Shown one piece after another: positions 37,001 through 49,320 of a DNA stretch of 64,000 bases. The position numbers and the translations under genes were made by a program. The stretch comes from Podarcis vaucheri (lineage: Eukaryota), in the NCBI GenBank assembly GCA_965113315.1, contig OZ220370.1; one strand, given 5' to 3'. The notes below the pieces were generated by a model. That model worked only from the letters and a program-made list of their open reading frames with translations. It had not been told where the DNA came from and did no database searches. How positions within the stretch are numbered: position 1 is the stretch's first letter; every line of letters starts with the position of its first letter.

Positions 37001-38429
37001 AGGACATGAAGGATTCTGCTGATGAGATAACTTTTGCCAAAACTATTTTCTTTCAAAAACATGGTCAGGCTAGACTCAAACCAGAGCCTATAATGTTCTA
37101 TTATTATACCTCAGATGGTAGCTAAGATTATTTGAGTTTTCTTTTATGCTTTGAGTTCCTGAACTGAAATAGGATCAGAAAAGGTAGGAAATTTAGTTAT
37201 TGTTTTTAAATTTTGCTTTTCAGATCTGTTGGGGTAGAACAAAAACATCAGTAGTGTTTCCTGTTGAATTCCAAAGATTCCAATAAATGAATGCTTTTAT
37301 GCAAAAGCATAAAAGAAGGTAAAATAAATAAAGATAATCAAAAATGATTTTTCATTTCTGTTTGAGATGGTTAAATCTTTGATGCTGTGTTTGCTCTATT
37401 GGTAGCTTCCGGAAGATGATCTTGACATTGGAATTTTCATCCAAACAAGACAGTATGTCACAATCACTTGCAGTAGCATTTTCCTCCAGGCAGTTTTTCT
37501 TTGCCTCAGGGTAGAGATTTGTAGTGTCCAGCTGGAACTTGACTGTGAGAAAGTTGTCAGTTAACATCTATTGGTAGTTATTTTTAACAGTATACAATAA
37601 CCTCCTATGCTTTAGTAGTTTCCACCAGGAGCTAGCTTTTGCAACCTGGTATTCTCTTAATTATTTGGAAGGGGCTTATTCCTGGCAGGTTTCTTAAGAT
37701 CGCAGCATTAGTCACTTCCTGACTAGATAGTACAATATTCTCTACACATTGCTATCTTTTAAAATATTCTGAAAACTTCCAAAGTGCAGTCACCAGATTA
37801 TTAACTGGGGCATGAAGAATGAAGCATAAAGCTCTAAACTCAATTCGTCTATGCTAGCTGCCTATTCATTTTTCATTTAAAAGTGCTAATGCTAACATTT
37901 TAACCTCAAGAATTTTCTCCTCACAGTAGCACTGGAGTAGACATGTCAGAACAAGAGACAGAGCCTGTTCACTGGTTGTGGCATGACTGTGGCGTATCTT
38001 ACCATTGGAGGTCTGTTTTGGATGGCTTTTGAAAACATTTTTATTTTGAATGAGCTTTTAACATCTAGCTGATTTGTTGTTGTAAGGCAGATGACCAGCA
38101 TCTGGGGGCCTTACTTATTCATGGCCAATCCTTTGGGGGCCACAGGGTGTTGGTGTTGCTGAAGTGTAATGGTCAAAGTATAAAAGTAGGTGTGGCCTGA
38201 TTTTAATTAATTAATTAATATTGTTCTTTAAAAAGAACACATGGGACAGCGGTCCTGAATGGATCAAGTACCACTTGGCATCACAGGGGATCTGCAGAAG
38301 TGGTCACTAAAGAAAATTACTATTATTAAAATGTTTGAATGGTCACTAGAAGTTTTAGGGGATGGTGTAACAAATATGCTGGTGACACCCAGCTCTGTTT
38401 CTCCATAACATCAAAATTAGGTGAGTGTG

Positions 38430-39740
38430 TGCCAGTTCTGGAATGGAACCTGGATGCAATTGCAGACTGGATGAGGGCCAATTAATTGAGTTTAAATTGA
38501 GTGTAAACACTGGCAAGATGAAAACATTGTAGGTGAGTGGTTCCTGTGTTCAGAAGATCAGCCAGTTTCTTGTTCTGAACTCTGTGTGAAGTTCACAGTT
38601 GGGGTGGGGAACATATTGACCCAGCTTTGCTGTTTGAGGCTCAGGTTACCTAAGTGCCTTTCAGGCTGCGACCATTCTTGAATCAGGATAGTTTGGCACG
38701 GGTAACCTAAAAAGAATAGACCATTGTAATGTGTTCTATGTAGGGTTACCCTTGAGGCTGGTTTGCAGCCTGATTCTTATCAGGCATTGATTACCAACAA
38801 CATATAACATCAGTACTGATGGACCTGCACTGGCTGGCAATACCCTTCATGGTCTTACGTATAGTATAGTTGCACTCCACCCCAGTCTCCCAAGTGGTGT
38901 GAGATTCCAGAGGTTCCTAGTGCTTACCCAGGGTTTGTGTTTCCATTTGGAATGAGGCACAGAGGAGGAGACTATGGTGATTTTAGGATATATGATTTAT
39001 TTACACATGTATACAACCTGAGCCCAGGAAGGAGGGGTTCGCAGCATTAACACCCTAAGAAAGTCTTGCTTCTCCCATAGCCACAACCTTGGATTCAAGC
39101 AGAGATCTGGCATGGCTCCCTTGCTTGCCGCTTTACTTCTAGGTCACCTCTAAAACTCTTTGCTCTAACTTCTGGTTGAGAAAGCGGCCCTACCCATTTG
39201 CCTTCTCACACCGAGCCCCTTAATACACCTTTGTTCTCTTTGCACCTGACTAGGAAGCTAGCCTGGCTTTAAAAATAAAAATAAAAAAATTAAAAGCCTT
39301 GAGTGAATTTTAACACTTGCTGGATCCAGCAATTAGAAGAGTCTGGCACTCAAGTTAACACCCCAAACTCATAACAGCATATAAAGTCCTAAACTATCTG
39401 GGGCCAGTATGCTTATAAGATCACCTTATTCCTTATACCCATATCTGACCTGACTGTCCTCAAAAAGAAACTGTGTGTTTGGTGTGTTTGCATAGGTTGT
39501 GGAACTCTCTGTGTAATCAGATTAAGCTGGCACCATCTGCAATGAGTTCTAGGTGCCAGCTTCAGACTTGTTTCTTTCAGCAAGGCTTCTTACGAAAATT
39601 ATTTACCATTTTAAATAACCGTCTTGTAAGATGACCCATTCTTTATTTCTGTTTCCTTAATGTGTTTTGCTTTGGTTTCAGTGCTCCGTTGTGATTTTAA
39701 TTGAGGGTTATTTTACCGCCATCACATAGATGAATTTTAT
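38430..39740 (+). mobile_element. Degenerate L2-type LINE fragment interrupted by an insertion
   Basis: Remnant motifs gactggatgagggccaat (WMRAN), gaccattgtaat, ctgcactggctg (LHWL) and tataaagtcctaaac. Boundaries approximate. Confidence 0.55.
38864..39376. mobile_element. Possible solo LTR inserted in L2
   Basis: About 510 bp splitting the L2 motif ggtctta...tataaag. Ends in TAACA and is flanked by gtata / gcata (imperfect 5-bp TSD). The 5' TG is missing. Confidence 0.4.
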
Positions 39741-42700
39741 CCGAGCTTTGTGGTATAAAAATGAGTATAATAGATGAATAATGTACCAGCCACCTCGTGC
39801 ATCTTTTCCTACACTTGTTTTCTCTTCAGTAGCATCTGTGCCATGAAACACCACCATCCCTTCACCACAAAATTCCCCCAACAGCGCTCATTCACTCAGG
39901 GGCTTGGCATACAGAGATCCACTACTATAACTTCTTGGGTCTACTTGAGTTACCCTGCCAGAGCTGTTAGCACAGCAGAAGCACTGCATCCAGTACACAT
40001 CTCTACCTTTGCAGCAGCTTAAAGGGCTACACAAAAAAGTAACAAATAAAACCTTTCAGAAAAGAAGGTTCTTCTGACAAAAGAAATTTCAGCAACAGAA
40101 AACGTTGAAAGGCTGAGAATAAGAGTAGGTTCCCTAATGCTGAGCTTTAGAAGTGTATATCCTTGAAGTGCCAATTGTGATATAAGAATTAAATTCTAGT
40201 GGATTTGTGAACCAGAGAAAAGCATCTGGCTCCTGCATGCTGATGGGTTGTTGAGTTTGACCCAGAATCAGGGGCAGTACAGTGAAATGTGGTTTGTTCA
40301 GTTTGCTGCAGGTTTCTTTTTAGATTTCAACACCCTGAGTAGAAAAAGAAAGCTGTGTTGAGAACACCTTGAATCTTTTCCTCAGGTGTTTTGTCACTTT
40401 TGCTCTTTGGGCTCTACAGAAAGCAATCAGGAGTTGTCAGTTTTATGTACAGAATGAGCAAATTTGTTTTAACATCCCCTCCCCCAAAAAACCTTATAGG
40501 GGAATTTCCCCAAAGTGCAAATGGAAGGGCAGCAGTGTTGGTTATCAGCATTGGTTCACAATGTAAGGCAAGACACTGCTTGCATTGGTAGGTCTCACAT
40601 ATTTGTGGCACTTGATTTTGCGGGAGATGCCAGTCTCTAGCTGGGAAGGTGTGGAGAGAATGTTCACACAAGCATGTTAGTTTAGCAATCCATTCATATA
40701 CTTTTATTTTCTGCTCCTTTACAGAGAAGTTAAAGTGAGGTACATGCAGGACTGTCTACTAAGGACTCACCCCAGGTGTCACTGCTGTAGGAAACAGGAC
40801 GTAAACATTTTCAGATTTTTAAATGTTCCATAGAAATGAAAGCAATCTGCCCCTGAGCAAACCTTGTTTGCCTTCATTCATTGGAATCTAAATCCTGATC
40901 TAGTAGGTGCAAAATGTTCTGGGAATTTTGAGGAAGAAGCTTGGATGCTTGTAGTTTTTGCTCCACTGTATTTTTTTGTTTTTGTTTTTTCAGGAAACAC
41001 AACTGCTTTGAATAACATTTTTAGATAAATATTTAAAATGCTTAGAGGATTTCCATCAATGAAGCTATAAGAAATTATTGTAGCCAGAGTCCAGAGATCC
41101 TTGGGGCTTAGTTGCATATATGAAGTTCCATGCAACTCTTGACTTTCCTTCTTACTTTGTGTGAGTTTGGAAATGCCTAAGGATGCCAGCAAAGTTCTGA
41201 GCGTGGCTCAGAAACAAACTTCAGGGACTTGATAGAACCACTCTAGCAAACTCCTGAACCTTCTTCTAGTGAATTTAACAGGCCTTCCATCCTGGTTCAG
41301 AATTCAGGGGTGGGGGATGTATGTGATTTCAGGGGAGCTCAGGAGGTCTTGCCTATCTCTAAAAAATTTCCTCATGTACAATGGGAAATCCTCCCCTTCA
41401 TATCAACTGCCAAAATATTAAACAAAAAATAGAAGAATGAGGTAGTACATTTGATTTAAAGTAGGGAATCTATTGACCTTTGTGGTGAAGACTGAGAGGA
41501 ACAGGGGATGGCTGCAGCTGAATGTAAAGGGTCGTATGTCCTGATGTTTGGAAACCCTTCAGTAATTGTGGCTTATATTTGAATTTGAATTTATTTCAAT
41601 TGTTACCCACTGCACTAAGTTCCAGATGTGACAGGAACAGAAACATTTCCCCCTGTGCTGCAGGCCTGATTCACATTTCTTCTTCCCTGAAGGTCCTATT
41701 CTTCACTGAGATGAAACAATACAGGTAGTCATACTCGAAGTGAGATGCGATGGAATAGGATGCCACCCCACTTCTCTTTATCCTGCTTCTTTTGAGTCTT
41801 ACCTAACCAATCCACTTTTTCCTCACGCCACTACATTGGACACTGCAGGTAGCCATATTTCTCCTGTCCCACTCTACCGCTAATATGAAGGATGGGCAGA
41901 TGCAGTGGTGATTAAATAAGGAGGATACCTAAATCTGATGCTAAAATGTTTGATTAGAAAGTCTGCTAAAGTATTTAAATAATTGTGTCCCAACTAAATG
42001 TATTTTTAATTTCAATTATTTTGGGCCAGCACATATTCAAACTAGGGGAGGATGGAGCTTCAAACTTACATAATTTCATCTAAATGATTCCTACAGTTAT
42101 CCTTATATTTCATTGAATTTAAATGCTCTGTTACCTAACTGAAATTTCATGCCTGCTTATGATTTTAACTCTTCTCTTTTTCTCTCCCTTTTTATACCAG
42201 CTTACACAGCATTGTACCATTTTTTTATTTCTGTTTCCCGCTGCTTTTATTTCTAACTGAAGTTTTCTTTTCATCTCATTTCTGTTAAGAGTATAGACCT
42301 ACTTTCCCCACCCCACCCCCGTCCTTCTATCTAAAGTTTCCAAGAAGCAGAAAAATAAGTTTCTGTGAAATAGTACTTGCTTTCTGCTCTACTTCTGCAA
42401 TCCCTTCCCCATCCAGTTTAATTAAAGAAATCAAAAAACAGTTTTGTAGGGGGCGGGGATTCTTTGTTTGTTTTAATGCTGACTTTGGGAAAGCGTCTTA
42501 AAGTAGTTTGTTTTAGTTTTTATTTCAGAGAAAGCAACAAGCCTGTTCAATCTGCTGTGCTCTTTCACCCCCAGGCCAAAGAGCTACTTTTGTGTGCTTC
42601 AGTAATTTTGCATAGCACACTGAGAGCCAGCAAATATTAAATAACTTCAGTCACAAATGATTTCATGTGCAAGCAGTTGCTAGTTGCTTCCTATTACCAT

Positions 42701-43799
42701 TTGTGCACTTTACTCTAATGAGCACTGTGCAGCTCTTGATGCATTTGGTACAAAGAGGACCTTTTATAGTATGCCCTATTGTATTTCAACAAAAAGTCTA
42801 TGGAAATTCATTTCCACTTAAACACATTGCAATGTTATATATGTTGAATGACTATTTTATGTGTAAGTGACTTAAGCAACAGAAGAATTTATAAAAGCAG
42901 GTTGGGGTCTTTATGCCAGATTGATGCCAGATTTTGAGCACAGACACAAGATAAAATGGCTTAATTGAATTTTGTCTTTTAAAACACTCTTTTATAGTCA
43001 AGACAACATGACCTATGTTTATAATAGGGGCTCAAGATAGATAAAAGTACACCAGGATCACATTTCATCATCCCAATAAGAACATTTTTCTAGAAGCCAA
43101 TAAGCATTTACAAAGAGAAATAGAAATCTAGAATTTTAGAAAATCACTATTTGAAATAAATGTGGAACATATATTCTCTCTTACTTAAGGTAAGCAAGTA
43201 GTTAAAGATGGATAAAGTACATAAAGGAAACGGTACTTATTAAATGTAGGCAGCTTTTAATGAGGTTCATAAAGTAGTGACGCAGTAATCACTTAGGCTT
43301 AGGCTGAAGAAGCTGAAGAAACCAAGGCTGGTTTTATGCCACACTGCCTTACGTGGGCAATTTTCTGTGTATCTCATACCTTGCGTAGAAGTTGCATTCT
43401 GGTAATCTCATGTCATTATAGTGATGATGGTCATAATTTTTTTTAAAAAGAAATTTCATGTGCATTTGCTTGTGGAAAGTTCATGAAACTGTTCTGCTCG
43501 GCACTTCTTATATATGTACTTCCTTAACCGAGTGGATAAGCCACACATGCAAAGGAACTCATTGATAAATGGTCCTCCCTCCATTAATCCATTCTTTTTC
43601 AGCAACCACTAAGTTTCCCTTCTACTCATCTTGTCCAAAAATGGGTTTAAAAGAGACTAGGCAGTAGTCAGCATAAGCCTATGCCATGGGTCCAAGGTTT
43701 CCCCAGCATATTTTGCTACCACTTTTTATTTTGCTAAAATAGTCAAGGATTTATAATCCTGACTTAAGAAAGCAATGGGTTTCTATATATTGTTAGCCT

Positions 43800-44010
43800 T
43801 AAGATTGACAAGGATGGTGCCAGGCACAGGTCCCTGAGGAGAGCATTCCACAGATGGGAGGCCCCTACTTAAAAGGCCCCCTCATGTCTGACCACCCTCC
43901 ATACTTTCCTTGGGTGGGGCACACAAAGAAGGACCTCCGATGAGGACTGTAAGTTCCAGGCTGGTCCATATGGGGAGAGGTGGTCCTTGAGGTATTGTGG
44001 TCCTAAACTA
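43800..44010 (-). mobile_element. L2-type LINE 3' fragment
   Basis: Minus-strand translation LGPQYLKDHLSPY...LCVP...GAF is typical of the L2 ORF2 C-terminus. Confidence 0.6.
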
Positions 44011-45376
44011 TGGTTTTCCTTTGCTGCTGCTTCACTTTCCTGTACTTTCTGCATTACTGTGCTTTCAAAGAACACTAGAACTTACGTATGTTTGGCTTGA
44101 TACAATATCACAAAGCAAGTTAGCATGACTGTCTTTCACCCAAGGCTTCATTTGATAGAAGAATGTAGAACCTCAGCAACCAGGGGACACAAGCAACGTC
44201 AAAAACCAGATAGCTGTGTAGATAACTATACTGTCAGAAAGCAGAAACCAAGTTGGAGCCTGAGGATATTTCAGATTTGTAGTTATTTCAAATTTGGAGA
44301 TATAAAACTGCAAAGAGTGTGAACTAAGGCCAGAAGCAAAAAGAAAAGGGAAGAGAAGGTACATGTCTGCAGCACAAAGACTACTTTAAACCAGGGAAAT
44401 TCTGGGACTTTAGTGAAGAATGTAATTCTCTGTGCGGGTATAGGCAGTCACTGAACAAGGGTTTCAAATTGTAGATCTTGTTCTTCATTTGGTTGGTCTG
44501 ATTTGGATGCCTCCACCTTTCTCTTTTGTAAATGGATATTCAAAGACCCACTGACAATAACTGTTGCTTAATGCTTATGTGATTAAAGATATAGCTTGTG
44601 TTGTGTTTCCTTCTCCATATTTCCCACATTTCGATGTGGAACAGCTGGGGAAAGTTCACTTGTTTCCCTGTTTATGGATTGCTTGGATGGCAAATTTAGC
44701 TCCAGCTGAGATTTCCAATCTGAATCTGCTGTACCTTCTTGCTGAAAGAGAATAGTCTCATATAAGACTTGGACATTTCACTGAATTAAAAATAATCTCT
44801 CAACAGGCTACCAAGACAGCGCAGTGCCTGTGCTATTTTCTAAACCCACGGTTTGATATTTCCTGGCTCTGCATGAATTATTGACAGATTAATAGCTAGT
44901 CTTCAAAACACACAGCAAAGAGAATTTCAAGACAATATTAAATGAAGAGAAGACAAAAGAGTTGTCTTTGAATAGCTTGTCTTCATTGTATTGCTATTAA
45001 GAACTGGAGTGTTCAGCTATTCTGGACACCTTGTAATTGCATGGTCATTCTATGTTTTCTGTCTTAGATGATAGGGAGGAAAGGGGGAAATCTAAAAGTT
45101 TAGTCATAATTTTTTTTCTTCAGAGGGAACCAACTCAACTTGCTCCAACCTATAGTTTAAACTTTATCTTGCATGTGAGGAATAAGGAACCTTCCACTAG
45201 CAAGTGAAGATCTCCTTATTCCAACAAGGCTTTTGAAAACTGACTGCTTTTCATGAGGGGGCTGGTGCCATGCTGCTTTTGTTATGCTTTAATTATGTTA
45301 ATGTTTCATTGTTTTCAATGGCTTTTTTCTGTTTCTGACTGTTCTTATACGTCTTATCCAGACGTATGGCAGCCCT

Positions 45377-45712
45377 GGGATGTGGGTGGTGCTGAGGGTT
45401 AAACCACAGAGCCTAGGACTTGTCGATCAGAAGGTTGGCGGTTCGGATCCCCATGACGGGGTGAGCTCCTGTTGCTCGGTCCCTGCTCCTGCCAACACAG
45501 CAGTTTGAAAGCACATCAAAGTGCAAGTAGATAAATAGGGCGGGAAGGTAAACGGTGTTTCCGTGCGCTGCTCTGGTTTGCCAGAAGCGGCTTAGTCATG
45601 CTGGTCACATGACCTGGAAGCTGTACGCTGGCTCCCTTGGCCAATAAAGCGAGATGAGCGCCACAACCCCAGAGTCGGTCACACCTGGACCTAATGGTCA
45701 GGGGACCTTTTT
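45377..45712 (+). mobile_element. Sauria SINE
   Basis: Head gggatgtgggtggtgctgagggttaaaccacagagcc, B-box ggttcggatccc, body gtgcaagtagataaatagg, and 3' end ggtcaggggaccttt. Confidence 0.9.
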
Positions 45713-46107
45713 ATGTGCCTGTTACTCACAGAATTTAGGGTATATATTTGCATTGTTTCTCTCACATTTCAAATAGGTAGATATTTTATTTGAGAGAAAA
45801 GTCAGTAATATATTTGAAAGTGTAAACATTATTGTCTAGCATTTCATATTATGAACCCATAGGAGAGAAAAAAGAATAAAATACAGTGTGTATTTTATTT
45901 ATGAGACAGCCTTATAAGCTATTGAATGTGAATAACTTTACCATAATATGCGGATTGTTTCAGGTATTTGTCTTCTCAGACCAATTTCATCATCTCATAT
46001 TTTAGGCCTTTAAAATAAAAAGCTCCCTTGGTATGTTCTGTGCTGTCTTGATGCAGGCATAGGTGTCGCATAAACAAGCGATAATTCAAAGCAACTTTAA
46101 TAAAATA

Positions 46108-46749
46108 GGTATGTATTATCCTGTAATAAAAGTCAGTGGTGGACAAGTGCTGATATACAGTTCATTTGGGACTAATTTAATACTGCCATTAAATTTTATT
46201 TTGCATTGTTGTCCAACAGAGATTATCTCTGATGCTGATTGGTATCTAATGATGCTGGCATAAATCACCTTGGCTTTATCCTTTGGTAAATTAGGTATCT
46301 GAAACTCCAAACAACTATAAGAGAATTGTGGAGGGTTGTGTGTGTGAGAAAGAAAGAGAATTGAATTACTGTTCACAAGGTATAATCTGGGAAGTGGAAC
46401 ACATTTGCATATTTTGCAGAATTGTGGAACAAAAAAACTTCAACACAGTAGAGATATAGGAAAATCTAGTTTGAAGTTTTTGGGAGAGAAAGGGCTATAT
46501 TTTCACTATGTTGTACATTGATAAGTGACATAAGTTGATGGCAGAATTAATATTGGTAGTGCTGGAGAAGGAAGACTTAAAGATAAAATAAAGGCTAAAT
46601 ACCTTATCAACAGGATAGATAGTGGATCTGAGAAGAGGATGGCTTGGAATGAAGATTTAAATTTGAACACATTGGGTTTGAGTTGCCAATCAACTAGCCA
46701 AGTAGACTTAATTACTGGAACTGGAAATGCAGCATTGGGTGTAGGGGTA
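46108..46749 (+). repeat. First copy of a 638-bp tandem duplication, containing the empty L1 target site
   Basis: Identical by eye to 46746-46783 plus 53342-53945. GGTA microhomology at the junction. Confidence 0.95.
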
Positions 46750-46783
46750 TGTATTATCCTGTAATAAAAGTCAGTGGTGGACA

Positions 46784-47200
46784 GACTTCCGGTAGAGCGC
46801 GGACCCGAGGCAGGCGAGGGTTTTTTCGGGAGAGAAAGCCCTAGCTATTTTTGGCCGAAAAAAGGGGGTTTGAGGGCGGAAAACCCCCCGTTGACCTTCC
46901 GGAGGGTGTCTGGAGGTACAAGTTCCCGGCGGAGCCAAAAGCTGATCGTTCGGTCGCCAGGTAGCCCTAGGTGAAGAGTGTGACGGAACGCGCAGCGGGC
47001 AATCGGGCAGCCATTGCAGCGGCCAAATAGCGAAGCCCCGAGCCTGCAGGGAATAGCGCTCTGCTCTCAACACAAAGAAATTCGGATTCCAACAATAAGT
47101 TTGTAAGACCTGAGGTTTTAAAACAGCAAGGAAGTCTCCGAAAACAAAGAGAAGAATCCGAGCTCAGCGGTTGTCTGGTATCACAAAAGAATGACGCAGC
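46784..47200 (+). promoter_or_regulatory. CpG-rich L1 internal promoter region
   Basis: Begins with the ETS-type motif ACTTCCGG and has high CpG density against the flanks. A YY1-type CGCCATATT lies further in at 47430-47438. Confidence 0.55.
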
Positions 47201-48298
47201 GTTACCAGCAGAGCTGAAAGCGAAAGTAAGTTGCCGCTAGCGGTTACAGTTGCCGCCTCCCCTGTAACTTTTGACATTAAGTTTCCTTCTAAAGGATTGA
47301 GAAGGGGAGTAGCGAAACTTTGGGACAGAACAGAAATCTCAGTGAACACTGAATTACTGTAAATTGAATATAGAGGGACCACCTGTTGCTGTATCTGCAA
47401 TTAACTATTTCATAAGGAGGAAGCTCCGGCGCCATATTAACCCGGGGCTAAGAAGAATCTCCGACTCTGACGCTAGACTAAGAGACTTAAAAGACAGTGT
47501 GGCTGAGAAGATAAGAGTACTTAGATGTTTCCTTTGGCCGTCTTTTGAGGGTTCACTCTTCCCCTTTGAATAAGACTATCAAAATTAAGGGGTAGAACTG
47601 GAAGAATAGGGGAAATAACCATTTAAAACTTTCCCTCTAAACTTGGCTCTCTGGCCCCATCTTGTGGCTTGATCTAATTACTACACTCCAATGCTGAAAC
47701 CTCTAATGGAAACCGTATAAAGTTTGTGAACTCAGCTGATTAGAAACTTCCTTAGAGAAACTCCTTCTCCTAACAGCTCACACTTTATGAACTGCTCAGT
47801 ATAAAGTATATTGAGTAGATTTTGGAGCCTATAAATTAGAATCTGGTTTGACTTCTTTTTCTACTTCGACGCCCTCCTCTGGATTATAATTGAACTACAT
47901 CTGAATCTTACCTGACTTTAGAAATTAGACTTTGGCCTGACAAATCAGTGTACTGTTCAACCAATGCCACGGATGGATTAGCCCAATTAGGGGCAAGAAG
48001 AAAACAGAAAGATACAGACAGAGGCGATAAATTAACAATTTTTCTTAACTTCTTTTTTGTTCTTTCTCCCCTCCCCCGGGGGGGGGGGGTAGAAATATTT
48101 AATGGAAAGCTTCCGGGTGTGATAAGTCAAAGAAGCAGAAATTGTATCTGTTATATTGATTTTTCTTTTTCTTCTTTAGGCTGAATCTGTTATACTGTTG
48201 GCTTCTGGTTGGTACTTCATTAATAATTAATTAGAATTGGGTGGCAACGGTATAGTAAGCAAGTGGTGTGAATACCTGATATCTCAATACCTAAGAAA

Positions 48299-49291
48299 AT
48301 GTCACATACACAAAAAAAAGGAGGCGAGGGGGGGACTCCAACAGAAAGGAGACCCTCAAAGCAAGAAACAGAATTTAGAACAGAAATATTGAAGATGTTT
48401 GCAGAAATAAAACAAAGCGAGAAAAATTTAGAGACGAAATTAGAACAGGTCGATAATAAAATCGGGAAGATGGATAAAAAGATTGAGGAGACAGTTAGTG
48501 AACTGAAGGGACAGATCAGAGAGGTTTCAAAGAGAGTGGATGAAGGATTTAAGAAATCAAAGCAGGAAATGAAAGAGTTGAAACGGGAAGAAGAGAAGAT
48601 GAAAAATGAGATTGCAGACTTAATTAAAACACAGGAAGAAATGAAAGACTCTATTGCAATGAATGAACTAAAACAGAGAGAAGTGAATTTAAGATTGAGA
48701 CACATACCGGAAATACAAAACGAAAATATAAAAGAAAGATTGACAAAGGAAATTGCGCAGTGGATGGACTTACCGGAGGAAGAAGTTGCAAAGAGAATAC
48801 AAAATGCATTTAGAATGAAAATCAAAACAAATAAGTTAAAGAAATTCCCGGGTGATTGTTTAATAATCTTTAAAGATAGAGAAATGAGAAATTTGGTACT
48901 CCAAAGGAATAGAGAGAGAAGATTATACATAGACGGGAATTACATAATTCTATTCAAAGACATACCAATAAGACTGTTGAAACGAAGAGAAGCTTACAAA
49001 CCGCTGGTGCAATTACTTAAGAAAAACAAGATCGACTTTAGATGGGAATTCCCTGAAGGAATTTCGTTCTTCTATAAAGGTGTAAAAAGAAGACTAGTAA
49101 GTCCGGAGGAAATAGGAAAATTTACAAGAAGATATAAAGAACTACAACAAGGAGAAGAAGAGGCAAAAGGAGCAGAAGGAGGAGCAAGAAGGAAGGAAGA
49201 CTCTACATCAGAAGGAGAAGAAGAATTGACCGGGAGAGAATCAGAAGAAGAGGAGGAAGAGGAAGAAGGAGAAAGGACAGAAAAACTTTAA
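48299..49291 (+). CDS. ORF1: L1 ORF1p (coiled coil, RRM, CTD, acidic tail), 330 aa
   Basis: Long heptad-rich N-terminal half, then REVNLRLRHIPE, PGDCLIIF, ILFKDIP and FRWEFP motifs. Lies upstream of ORF2. Confidence 0.93.
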   Translation: MSHTQKKGGEGGTPTERRPSKQETEFRTEILKMFAEIKQSEKNLETKLEQVDNKIGKMDKKIEETVSELKGQIREVSKRVDEGFKKSKQEMKELKREEEKMKNEIADLIKTQEEMKDSIAMNELKQREVNLRLRHIPEIQNENIKERLTKEIAQWMDLPEEEVAKRIQNAFRMKIKTNKLKKFPGDCLIIFKDREMRNLVLQRNRERRLYIDGNYIILFKDIPIRLLKRREAYKPLVQLLKKNKIDFRWEFPEGISFFYKGVKRRLVSPEEIGKFTRRYKELQQGEEEAKGAEGGARRKEDSTSEGEEELTGRESEEEEEEEEGERTEKL

Positions 49292-49320
49292 AGTAAACTC
49301 AAATCCAAACAGCTAAAAGA

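Noticed and set aside
46128-46749. A 620-bp L1 target-site duplication
   Set aside because: A separate canonical 18-bp TSD exists, and 20 extra upstream bases are repeated before it, so the long repeat is a distinct duplication.
46771-47073. Antisense ORF in the L1 5' UTR as an ORF0 analogue
   Set aside because: Starts at GTG, ends outside the element in the TSD, and is expected by chance in GC-rich DNA.
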